Shown one piece after another: positions 53,393 to 62,694 of a DNA stretch of 64,000 bases. Position 1 is the first letter of the stretch. Every line of letters starts with the position of its first letter. The position numbers were made by a program, and so were the translations under genes. A model generated the notes under the pieces. It did not search any database. It had not been told where the DNA came from and saw only the letters and a list, made by a program, of their open reading frames with translations. Where the stretch lies: IMG/VR virus record IMGVR_UViG_3300025678_000005. One strand, given 5' to 3'. The DNA comes from a virus (Duplodnaviria > Caudoviricetes).

Positions 53393-53950
53393 CTAATCAA
53401 AAAATCCTTCTTCTACATCACCTCTAAGTGTAGATTCTTCTTCTAAATCTTGTTTAACCTGCTTTTCAAGAGATTGTAAACTAATTATAAGGTCTTTACA
53501 TCCTTTAATCTCGGCAATTAAATCTTTTGTTTTAACAATTGGTTTGTTTGTAGCTGGGTCTCTCTCACTAACGTCTACATTTTGTAAATAATGTATAACA
53601 GTTTCTACAGATGCCATCGCTGCTCTTAAAAGTCTAATTGACAATCCAGAATTCTGAATTTCATCATATTTTCTGCAGGCAGCCCTAAAATCTGGATCAC
53701 CAAATTCTTCCTCCGTTAATCCAGAACTATCTAAGGCACTTAAATGTCTGTCTTGTTCCATGAAATTAAAAAATGGACTTTCCCAATCAAAAAATAAATA
53801 AATGTATGTGAATTCTTTAAAAGCAAGTCTGTCGTTTTTATATTTTGATCTGCTTTTATTTATTAACGTAGCAAACTCTTTTACTAACAATATTTCATCT
53901 TTATTTAAAGATAACTTAGCATTAATTTTATCATATGTAAAAAACTTCAT
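53393..53950 (-). CDS. Conserved protein upstream of TerL (candidate small terminase subunit)
   Basis: AFKEFTYIYLFFDWESP...RGDVEEGFFD; position directly upstream of terL. Confidence 0.55.
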   Translation of the reverse strand: MKFFTYDKINAKLSLNKDEILLVKEFATLINKSRSKYKNDRLAFKEFTYIYLFFDWESPFFNFMEQDRHLSALDSSGLTEEEFGDPDFRAACRKYDEIQNSGLSIRLLRAAMASVETVIHYLQNVDVSERDPATNKPIVKTKDLIAEIKGCKDLIISLQSLEKQVKQDLEEESTLRGDVEEGFFD

Positions 53951-53995
53951 AATTAGTATGTGCTTTTATTTTATATAAACTATCAATTATTAAAA

Positions 53996-54517
53996 TTATA
54001 GTTTTTTCTTTAAATGTTTATTTATAATATCAGTAATAGGATTTTCTATTTTATTGGGGTTGTTTTTTGAATCAATGTTTTCTTTTTTATTTTGAATATT
54101 TCCGCCATTCTTATCCTTCTCTGCTTTTGAATTTTTGCACCCACAAGCACAAACCTCTACCATTTTACCACCAGCCCTTTTCAATACAATATCACACCCA
54201 CATTTACACTTCTTTCCAGTTGATTTTGTTTGATACTTTTGAAGCTTTTTTAATTTCATTCCCTTTTTAGCAAGGGCCGTTTGATCTTCTTGATTTTTTT
54301 GTGATTCTATTAAACTTGTAATAGCTGTTTCTGGATCCTCTGCATAGTTTTTTCAAAATTCTTCACTAAGAGATGGAATTAGTTGTGAGAACATATTTAC
54401 ATATTCTTCTTTTAAATTCCCATTTTCATCGGCAGCTTCTTCTTCGGATACTCCCATTAATGTTAAATAATTTCTTGCAAAATCAGAAATAAGATTTTGA
54501 AATTCGTTTTCGTCCAT
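53996..54517 (-). CDS. Hypothetical protein with Cys clusters and basic GG motifs, code 4
   Basis: Extends upstream through TGA to MDENEFQ; contains CKCGC and CACGC. Confidence 0.6.
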
Positions 54518-54536
54518 ATTATTATTTTAATATATT

Positions 54537-54764
54537 TTATAATTTAATTAAATCTTTTGTGTTAAATATAGCTTCCTGTAGTTCTCCACTAACAGTAAAT
54601 CATCTGCATAAAATTCCCTGGAAATACTCATTCATTGTATGATCTCTAGTTATAACAGTTTTGCTTATTTTTTTAACTACAAGCATAATTGGTTTATTTG
54701 GTATTTCCTGTCTTATTGTTACCAAGTCTCCTGGTAAGAAAAATTGTTTAGTCTCGTCCGCCAT
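54537..54764 (-). CDS. YodC/DUF2158-like small protein (absent from the ORF track)
   Basis: FLPGDLVTI...PIMLV...ILCR[W]F...LQEAIF. Confidence 0.65.
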
Positions 54765-55260
54765 AAAATCTATCTTTTAATCCTTCATTTAAAACACATA
54801 ATAGTTGTGATTCAGAAGTAATTACATATCCAAGTGACATAAAAGGCAATGGATAGACTGTACGTGTATCATAATATACATCATCTCCAGGTTTAACATA
54901 TTTACATTCTGGGCCAACCTCTATTACTTTTGCACATCCAACTAATACTTTTAACTTATCTTTTTCTCCAGAATCTGGATTTAAAAAGTCTCCATGATAA
55001 TCTACAATAATATTCCCATCTACTATTTTTCTATATGGATTTTCTGGATAGGCCATTAAAATAACCCTATTTTGCATTGGAATCATCTCTAATTTATCGG
55101 CCTTCTCATCAATTTCTTTTTGTTTCTGTTTTTCAGCTTCAAGAAGAATATTATTAAGTTCTTCCATTTCACGTTTTTCTTGAATACTTAATCCATTAAT
55201 ATCTACAAGATTTTTACTATTAAAAAAAATCTTGTTGTTCATGTTTTCATACTTACTCAT
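54748..55260 (-). CDS. GroES-like co-chaperonin
   Basis: PMQNRVIL...AKVIEVGPECKYVKPGDDVYY...ESQLLCV. Confidence 0.7.
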   Translation of the reverse strand: MSKYENMNNKIFFNSKNLVDINGLSIQEKREMEELNNILLEAEKQKQKEIDEKADKLEMIPMQNRVILMAYPENPYRKIVDGNIIVDYHGDFLNPDSGEKDKLKVLVGCAKVIEVGPECKYVKPGDDVYYDTRTVYPLPFMSLGYVITSESQLLCVLNEGLKDRFYGGRD

Positions 55261-55266
55261 AATTTT

Positions 55267-55542
55267 TTATCATTTATTCATTGGACATTTAGCATCTGGC
55301 ACTCTACATTTTGAAGCAAGTATACAACCACAACCATGTATATATCCAGGTTCTTTAGAAGAAGAAATCTCTTCTGTTTCTGGATTTATATATAGTCTTG
55401 GATTACAAACCTCTCCAAAAATATTATCTATTTTGTGTAATTTACAACATCTACATATTTTAATTCTATTATTAAATAATTCTTCTTCTTTATTGAAAAC
55501 ATTATTTAAAGTTCCTTCTATTATTTGCTCAATATTAAACAT
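55267..55542 (-). CDS. Small Cys-rich Zn-binding protein
   Basis: RIKICRCC...GCGC...CPMNK[W]-TAA; a CPxxKW C-terminus is typical of this family. Confidence 0.7.
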
Positions 55543-55961
55543 ACTATTAAAGTTATTGCTGCGCTTCCTCCTGCTATAAATGGAATTGATCTTTTTTGTC
55601 TATTATATGATTTAATAACATTGGAATTAATTTCAAGCAATTTATTATATTCAATTTTTTGCTCATCTATTCACTTGTTATTCAACAATATAATTGAATC
55701 TTTCAAAACAATTTCGCTGTTTTTTACAGATAACAATGAATCTTGTATATTAGTATATTCTATACTTCATTCATATAATTCTTTATACTTTTCAAGATCA
55801 GTTACATATAATCTTAAACCAAGTAAATCTTCTTTAAAGAAATTATAAGTTATTACAGTGTCCGAATTATTTTCTCACACTGTTCATTTTGACGATTGAG
55901 TCCAGCCATTCCGCATGATTAACAGCAGAAGCATCATACACAAACTTAATTTTTTTATCAT
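55521..55961 (-). CDS. Secreted coiled-coil protein with C-terminal hydrophobic segment, spanin-partner-like (absent from the ORF track)
   Basis: Signal-like MIKKLSLCMMLLLLIMRNGWTQ; 4 in-frame TGA; ends IPFIAGGSAAITLIVCLILSK; overlaps the upstream gene. Confidence 0.55.
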
Positions 55962-56208
55962 ATTTTATATAAATAATTTGTTTTTCGTTTTTTAAAGAAT
56001 CTATTTTTTCAGTTAATATAGAATCTTTTACTTTTAATACAGTATTAATACTGTCTAATTTTGATATTTTTAATTCATATTCATTTATTATTTGTTTTCT
56101 ATCTTTTTTATATTTGTTTGAAAAACAAAAAATTATTGATATAAATATAATCAATATCAATATAATTTTAAAATACGATTTTATTTCTTGATGCTTTAAA
56201 TTTATCAT
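55867..56208 (-). CDS. i-spanin-like protein (N-terminal TM plus coiled coil)
   Basis: IILILIIFISIIFCF followed by a heptad-rich region. Confidence 0.55.
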   Translation of the reverse strand: MINLKHQEIKSYFKIILILIIFISIIFCFSNKYKKDRKQIINEYELKISKLDSINTVLKVKDSILTEKIDSLKNEKQIIYIKYDKKIKFVYDASAVNHAEWLDSIVKMNSVRK

Positions 56209-57058
56209 GTTCTAATTCTTTTTTATAGTATAATAACATTCTTTCCACATCATTTTTTAAATAATTACATGGATAGTAGTTAATATTATCTGCATGATCA
56301 TAATGCGCTATCGTCAAAGATTTAATAATTGCATCTGGATTATTTTTTTCTATTATCCATGCATATGTTGACAACTGTAAACTATATTGCCAATAATTTG
56401 AATCCATTAAATTATTCAATGGAAACTTCATCATTACATTTTTCTTTTCTTTTCTATCATAAAAAGATTCCATATCTATTTTTGAAGAAGACTTATAATC
56501 TACAACATGTATTTCATTATTATCAACAATAACTAGATCTGCTTGTCCAGCTAATCTAAAACTACTATCTTTTGTAATATGTGATAATAAAATTTCTGGA
56601 TATATGGCTTGTGTTCCTAATTGTATTGTGTTAGTTGTATTAGGTAAAAATTTACCTCCTAATTTTAAATAACTTAATTCCTTAATGTCACCAACCAAAT
56701 TACCAGATTCTAATTCTTTATGTAGTTTTGTTCCTCTAATACAAGATTCCCTTGATTTGTTATTCCACTCTTCTATTACTTGCTGCTTTGTTATTAAAAA
56801 TATGTCTTTATCAATAGACCACTCATCCAAAAGAGATTCTTTAAAAGTTTTTGTATCTAGAAGCCACATCTTGAATTCATGAAATCTTGGACTTATCTTT
56901 TCAAGAGCTTTATAGGATGCCCAAAAATCACTATCGAATGTTGTAAACTTATGTATTAAAGTAGTAACAGAAATACATTCTTGTAATGTATTTTTTGTTA
57001 AATATTTGTGTGAAGCATCTTCATAAATAACATCTCTATTTTCCTTGTCAATATTCAT
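56168..57058 (-). CDS. PD-(D/E)XK (RecB-like) nuclease
   Basis: HKY, SVTT, RGTKLH, E...LAGQADL...VVDYKS, YSLQLSTY. Confidence 0.85.
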   Translation of the reverse strand: MNIDKENRDVIYEDASHKYLTKNTLQECISVTTLIHKFTTFDSDFWASYKALEKISPRFHEFKMWLLDTKTFKESLLDEWSIDKDIFLITKQQVIEEWNNKSRESCIRGTKLHKELESGNLVGDIKELSYLKLGGKFLPNTTNTIQLGTQAIYPEILLSHITKDSSFRLAGQADLVIVDNNEIHVVDYKSSSKIDMESFYDRKEKKNVMMKFPLNNLMDSNYWQYSLQLSTYAWIIEKNNPDAIIKSLTIAHYDHADNINYYPCNYLKNDVERMLLYYKKELEHDKFKASRNKIVF

Positions 57059-57061
57059 ATT

Positions 57062-57745
57062 TTATTTTAATTTTTGCTTTAAGTCTTCTAAATTAATTAA
57101 AGAACTTATAATTTGTGCTGCTTCTGTTACTTTTGGTAATATTTCTTTTTTATTCAAACAGCTACCTTTAGATTCTATTGAAATAAACCCAAGTATTGTA
57201 TCAATACCATATAATGGAAAAAAAAGAACAGATTTTACATCTTTTAATATACTATATAATACTGGATATGAATCTTTTATATCTTGTATGTCTTCTATAC
57301 AAAAATATCCTTGCTCCTCTAATTCATCTATGAAAGATGCTAATAATGACATATTTATTTTATTATATGCATCTGCCGTACTCAATATTCCATCAGATAC
57401 TACTTCATACGTAGCATTAACAAATAAAAAAGGCATTCCACTTAAATTGTGAGAACTATTAGAAAATTCAAATAATAAAATTCTGTCGGCCCCAGTTTCG
57501 TCTAATAAAGTTGCTAATATTTTTTGTATTTCTTTTGATGCTTTTCTTCTTTTTGTTGAGGCTGTTTTTTTATGTTCATCTACTGAATCTAATTTATTTT
57601 GAACTATTTCCCTGGCTATGTCTGGAAAAGTTTTAATAAGAAATTGTATTATAAGTGTAATAAAAATTAATAATAAAAAAAGCATTCCAAATGTAGATCC
57701 ATAGCTACTAGAAATACGTTCAAAAAATTTAAAAAGTCCTTCCAT
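57062..57745 (-). CDS. Single-TM protein with GAF-like domain (architecture of T4 holin T)
   Basis: N-terminal amphipathic segment plus TM, then ADRILLFEFSN...YEVV...KSVLFFPL..ILGFISIE. Confidence 0.55.
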   Translation of the reverse strand: MEGLFKFFERISSSYGSTFGMLFLLLIFITLIIQFLIKTFPDIAREIVQNKLDSVDEHKKTASTKRRKASKEIQKILATLLDETGADRILLFEFSNSSHNLSGMPFLFVNATYEVVSDGILSTADAYNKINMSLLASFIDELEEQGYFCIEDIQDIKDSYPVLYSILKDVKSVLFFPLYGIDTILGFISIESKGSCLNKKEILPKVTEAAQIISSLINLEDLKQKLK

Positions 57746-57777
57746 TCAATCAATTTAATTTGGTAAAATTTAATTTA

Positions 57778-57785
57778 CAAAGTTA
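57778..57785 (-). promoter_or_regulatory. Bacteroidota-type -7 element heading the lysis/packaging operon
   Basis: TAACTTTG 32 nt upstream of ATG 57745. Confidence 0.55.
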
Positions 57786-57935
57786 TTAACTTTTAAAATA
57801 AAAAAATTAATATCATATTAAATATTATAATTAATAGTGAAATAAATAAAAGAGCTAATATAATTTAATATTAATTAAAACAAATAATTAATAAAATATT
57901 ATATTACTCTTTTATAATAATAATTCTTTAATATA

Positions 57936-60194
57936 TTATAGATGCAATATTTCACAGGAATTGCCATTACAAGCCTGTGCAGAATAATGATTAATTTCTT
58001 TATATTCTGGTTTTGTTAAAATAGTATTAAATTTAACTGTTTTAAATTGTCTGTTAATAACTTCTCATTTGTGTAAAAGATTCAAATCCTTTAAACAATA
58101 TATAGTCTTTTGTAAATCTCCACCAAAATAATTATTTGCAAACTTTTTAACTCTGCTAATCCAATACTTTTTTAATATTATTTGTTCCTTTGTTCCAGTT
58201 ATTTGTAGTTTTCTATCTTTAACCAAATCACATGCAGCTCATAAATTTTCATTAAAGTAATGCAATCCATCAACTATTAAACCAGAAGCAAATAATACAC
58301 CACGACCATATCTATCCATTAGTTCTTGTTCTGCAAGTATAGATGTATATGGAGCTTGATTATAATCTTTATCTATAGAATCAGTAACAAATGATACTGC
58401 TGTAAAATATTCTCTATTATCTCATATATAATCTATCATTTCTGAAAGATTATCTATAATAACAGTATTAGAAGTATTATGATGTGTTCCTTTATAAGCG
58501 CCAAGTTCTTCATTTACACCAATATTTACTCAATTTTCCTGTACAAATTTTATTAACTCAAGATGTTTTATTCCTTTTAAATCTTGTTTATATAAACCAT
58601 CTGTATTGTTTTCTATTGGAATAAATATAGCATAATCAGAATTATTCTGTGAGTCTAAGGCATCTTCTAATAAAAAAGACATATTTTTATTTAACCATTT
58701 TGCTATTTCATTTGATTTATTTATTCGCATTATTCTAAAATATTTTTTTGCATGTTCTGGATGTATGCCAGAAGCAGTGCCAAGAATAACGGAAGAGTTG
58801 CCAGAAGGTTTTACACAAGTCAATCTGGCTGCTGGAGATACATTTATAAAATTACCAATGACTTTATTTGTTTCTTTAATTACTTTAACTCCGTGTTCTA
58901 ACCATTCCTCATTAAATAACTTTGTATTATTCATCCACCCTGTAATAGAAATACCCAGCAGTGAATCTTGTTGAACTATTTCTTTTGTTGTGTCACCCAA
59001 ATAATCAAAATTATTATAACCACACTGTACTGTTCCAAGTATAGCAGCAGCTTTACAGGCATCTATGAATTTTTCTTCAGTAGTACAATTCTCTGCATTT
59101 ATCTCAGTTAAATTGCAAAAAGAAACTCCAAGATCTTGAAGATGATCTTTTATAAATTCTTCTAATTCATTATAAGATAATTCATTTATCTTTTTATCAA
59201 ATCTTTTATAAGCTATTGGATGTTGTAAAATTTCAAAACAAGGATTGAACATATCAAATCAAGAATTTGCAAAAGCAAATCCAATATCGTTTTTTTCATT
59301 ATTTAAAGAAATAATTTTATCAAATTGTTCTTTACTTGTTTCATTTCTTAATAATAAGACAGAATTATTTGTTCTGCTTCTTTGTGGATTGTCTATCCAC
59401 CAATTTCCAGTCTTGGCATTAATCATCTCTTCATCATTAATATCAACAATCATACACATTGCTGACCTTCTAATACCACCACTTAATACTGCTTCAGATG
59501 CAAAACATAAAATGTCACAAACAAGTATTGGTCTAATAACACATCCTTCTGTCTTTATTCAATTGTCAAGTAATTTTTCTATATTATTAAGTGCTTTTCT
59601 AAGGCCTTCCGATCCAGGGGCTTTAAATCCACCAGATATATAAGATCCTTCTGGTCTTATTCTTGAATAATCAAATTTTATTTTTTTACCAGCATATTGT
59701 GGAAAAGGTTGATTTGTGCTAAAATAAGATGACATTAAAACACCAAGAGCATCTGCTCAACTTTCTATATTGTCTTCAATATAAAAAGTCTCTGTTCCAG
59801 TAGTTCTTTCTTGTAGTCTTGGTAAATTATTAACAAATGGAAGTAATAATCCTATTCCAACACCACAACCACACAAAGAAAGATAAAACACTTCTTGAAA
59901 TACTCTTGGCCTTGCAGCATATATTGTAGAACAATTATATAATCTTGCATTATGTTTTTCTATTTGTTCATTCCTATATTGCAAACTTCTTTGTGATGCT
60001 AAAACATTTTTTGATTTCATTTGCTTAAGAGCAAATTCTAAATATCTATTTAAATCTTCATTATTATAATGCTTGATATGTCCAGATATAATATCCTCAC
60101 AAGCCTCCTCTCATGTTTCATATCTATCATCTTTCCATTTCAGGTAATCTGAATACAGTTTTAAATCACTTAAAAATTTTTTTCCTTTTTCCAT
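57936..60194 (-). CDS. nrdJ: Ribonucleotide reductase, probably class II (B12-dependent, monomeric type); 752 aa, code 4
   Basis: YET[W]EEAC, SQRSLQY..YNC, FNPCFEI, FCNLTEIN, TCVKPSGN, C-terminal ACNGNSCEI. No beta subunit nearby. Confidence 0.8.
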
Positions 60195-60215
60195 ATAATA
60201 TAAATATAGTTTATT

Positions 60216-60250
60216 AAAAAAGCCCATTATTCCAATATAAAATAATGGGC
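60216..60250 (-). terminator. Terminator-like hairpin directly upstream of the RNR
   Basis: GCCCATTATT/AATAATGGGC 10-bp stem followed by T6 on the minus strand. Confidence 0.7.
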
Positions 60251-60322
60251 CTGTAATTGGTTAATGTGAGATGTTTATACTTTAAAATATTCTAATATTT
60301 TCTCTTGTCACATACCGCATAC

Positions 60323-60490
60323 TTATAATCTATGATAATTTTTTACCTTATCTCCTACTAAATCTGGCTCGTATTCAAGTAATGTCTGTCTTATAAATTT
60401 TTTTGATGGGTTGCCCAACATTAGTTGTATGCCAGCATACGTATATCCTTCTTTTCTCAGTTCTATAATTTTCTCTTGTAGTTCTGTCAT
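60323..60490 (-). CDS. Small HTH protein
   Basis: MTELQEKIIELRKEGYTYAGIQLMLGNPSK. ATG 60490 is preferred because the listed GTG start overlaps the tRNA. Confidence 0.7.
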   Translation of the reverse strand: MTELQEKIIELRKEGYTYAGIQLMLGNPSKKFIRQTLLEYEPDLVGDKVKNYHRL

Positions 60491-60508
60491 TTTATGTACT
60501 TTTAGCTG

Positions 60509-60581
60509 CACCCTCGCCCCGATTCGAACAGAGATCTGACAATTTTGAAGATTGTGGTTTTACCAATTAAACTACGAAGGT
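60509..60581 (-). tRNA. Opal-suppressor tRNA, anticodon TCA (predicted tRNA-Trp(UCA))
   Basis: Acceptor ACCTTCG/CGAGGGT plus discriminator G; D-arm GTTT-AATTGGTA-AAAC; anticodon arm ACAAT-CT[TCA]AA-ATTGT; T-arm CTCTG-TTCGAAT-CGGGG. Short variable loop; no encoded CCA. Confidence 0.93.
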
Positions 60582-60597
60582 ATTTATTTTTCATATA

Positions 60598-60605
60598 CAA
60601 AGTTA
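60598..60605 (-). promoter_or_regulatory. Bacteroidota-type -7 element for the tRNA
   Basis: TAACTTTG ending 16 nt before the tRNA 5' end. Confidence 0.6.
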
Positions 60606-60744
60606 TGTAAAATTATATGATATATATTAAAAAATTTATTGTTTATGAAAATATTACTTTGTTTTAATTGGTAGACATATTTCTATATAATTTTATTTGT
60701 TTTATATATTATTTTTTAATTATATTGCCTATAAAATAGAAATT

Positions 60745-60966
60745 TTAATTAATATCTTCAAATATTTGTTTTAAAAATTCAAATGTAAGAGCATTTAATT
60801 TTGTTGAAATATATTTATCTAAATCAAGTCCAGTAGAGTAAATTTCTATTGTCTCGTCATCAAATCTAATAGTTCAAAAATCTTTTTTAAATTCATCCAT
60901 TATACTGTTATAATTTCTAGAAAATACACTCTCATCTAATAGTTTAATTATTTCTTTTTTTGTCAT
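60745..60966 (-). CDS. Hypothetical protein (73 aa, one in-frame TGA)
   Basis: MTKKEIIKLLDES...KKDF[W]TIRFDDETIEIY...EDIN-TAA. Confidence 0.55.
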
Positions 60967-61089
60967 AATACATTAATTATATTGTTTTAAATATAATATT
61001 AAACATCTACACATCATCTTTACTATATGTATTTTTGTCATATAAAACTTATATTTTCTGTCATTTAGTCATTAAATCTATATTGGTAT

Positions 61090-61097
61090 TAGATTTG
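61090..61097 (+). promoter_or_regulatory. Possible -7 element for the Hsp20 gene
   Basis: TAGATTTG about 50 nt upstream of ATG 61147. Confidence 0.4.
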
Positions 61098-61146
61098 ATA
61101 TTTATATTTTAGATAATTTATTTATAAATCATTAAATCTTTATAAT

Positions 61147-61422
61147 ATGTTTACCGATATACTAAGTCAACTATTTAATAACTATCCAATTTCAACAGAT
61201 GATACTACAATCAGACTACTGGTTCCTGGATATGGAAAAGAAGATCTAATACTAGAACAAGAAAATAATACACTAACAATCAAAGATACAAATAAAGATA
61301 TTCTAAAGATAATAAGAATACCAAATGATATTGAATCTATTGAAGCTAAATGTGATAAAGGAATCCTAGAACTAAAACTAAATAAAAGTACAGAGAACAA
61401 GAAGGTGATTGCTATACAATAG
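61147..61422 (+). CDS. Minimal small heat-shock protein (Hsp20/alpha-crystallin)
   Basis: LVPGYGKEDL.L..ENNTLTIK...IP...IEAKCDKGILELKL.K...KKVIAI. Confidence 0.8.
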   Translation: MFTDILSQLFNNYPISTDDTTIRLLVPGYGKEDLILEQENNTLTIKDTNKDILKIIRIPNDIESIEAKCDKGILELKLNKSTENKKVIAIQ

Positions 61423-61696
61423 CAGTCACCTCTTCATTTATAGGTTTAAAAGCATTTTTAATTCTAATCATCTTTTCTATTTCTGGTATTAACAAAAATA
61501 ATATATCAGCAGCCTCAGTTACAGTTGGAGCAACTACTTCAAAATCTGCATTTTCTGGATTAATAATAGATGGAATACCCAATAATATTGTATTATCTAT
61601 ATTAGCAGTTATATGCATTTGCTTATTATAAGGTTCTAATAATTTATTTATTGTATTATAATTATCCAACATTCTATCCTCATCAAGTAGTATCAT
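61412..61696 (-). CDS. Hypothetical protein
   Basis: Intact ORF with plausible composition. Confidence 0.55.
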   Translation of the reverse strand: MILLDEDRMLDNYNTINKLLEPYNKQMHITANIDNTILLGIPSIINPENADFEVVAPTVTEAADILFLLIPEIEKMIRIKNAFKPINEEVTAIV

Positions 61697-62138
61697 AGTT
61701 TATAAAATTTAAATATTCAAAATTACCTGTGTTTCTAAAGATATTTACAATCTTTAATATTCTATATTAATCTGATTTTTAATTATTTCTACTTAAATTA
61801 TTATACATTATAATTTAATTGAAATGAAAGTACAAATATACATCTTTTCTATTAAAAAAATTAGAGTTATACACTTTAAATAAATACTTCAAATAATTAC
61901 TAATTACATCCAAGATTTTTATAAAATTGTGTTTTGTACAGTCATTTAGTTTGTGTATATTTATTTTTTATTATCATATTAAATATTTGTTGTTATATAG
62001 AAATTTTTTATAACCTACTATAAAAATCATTCATAAATAATATTTTATACAGTAAAATTAATATCAAAGTAATATATTTGTAACTTAAATATAATATTTT
62101 ATCTATACTTTTGTATATTATTTTAATAAAGCATTTTT

Positions 62139-62384
62139 ATGAAAAAACTATTCTTAATTTTATTTTCTTTTATTTTACCATCTTTCAATTTACCTGTTCC
62201 AAAATTTACAGAAAAACAAATTTTAGATGCAATAAGTAATTATAAACAATTTGCATTAAATTGTGTTCCAAAAAATTTAAAAACAGACACTATTGAATAT
62301 CAAAGAAATGATACAATATTTATTTTAAGATTAGACTACAACTATATTCCATGGGTTGTAGAAATAAAAAGGCCAAACAAATAA
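62139..62384 (+). CDS. Hypothetical exported protein
   Basis: MKKLFLILFSFIL signal-like start; TATATTTG at 62073-62080 upstream. Confidence 0.55.
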   Translation: MKKLFLILFSFILPSFNLPVPKFTEKQILDAISNYKQFALNCVPKNLKTDTIEYQRNDTIFILRLDYNYIPWVVEIKRPNK

Positions 62385-62398
62385 AGTTTGGCATTTTA
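62372..62398. terminator. Hairpin between convergent genes
   Basis: GCCAAAC-AAATAAA-GTTTGGC with A/T-rich flanks. Confidence 0.45.
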
Positions 62399-62659
62399 TT
62401 ATTTTACTGTATTATTTTTGTCTGCTAATGATGAACCTGTTGTATACCAAATCCTATTTTTTCAATCCATATATGGATAAACTGGACGGGGATCTACTGG
62501 ATTAACTATATCAATAGATGCTCTTACTGGTACAATTGTATATTCTTTATAATCAACATCCATTTTATTTAATTGTTCCATCAACTCATTTATTTTAACT
62601 TCATCTACTATTTCAATTGTTTTATTATTTGTATCGATTGTAAATTTCATAATATTCAT
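62399..62659 (-). CDS. Hypothetical protein (86 aa if TGA 62462 is read as Trp)
   Basis: MKFTIDTNNKTIEI...PYMD[W]KNRIWYTT... to TAA at 62399. Confidence 0.55.
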
Positions 62660-62694
62660 TATTAAAATTATATTTTTATTTATCTTATAGTATA

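Noticed and set aside
113-59643. The many plus-strand ORFs in the track
   Set aside because: They are antisense shadows of long minus-strand genes with no recognisable motifs. Only 61147, 62139 and 63683 look real.
1-60194. Interpretation as a decayed prophage full of pseudogenes
   Set aside because: Breaks are exclusively TGA, frames are preserved, catalytic motifs are intact and a cognate tRNA is present.
51296-60194. Introns, inteins or homing endonucleases in TerL or RNR
   Set aside because: Both genes are continuous and of ordinary length under code 4.
60195-60322. Cobalamin riboswitch upstream of the class II RNR
   Set aside because: The gap is about 128 nt, AT-rich and has no recognisable B12 box. 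An Infernal search would settle it.
60509-60581. tRNA-Sec, or Gly recoding (code 25)
   Set aside because: A 7-bp acceptor stem and short variable loop exclude tRNA-Sec, and TGA aligns with Trp, not Cys or Gly.
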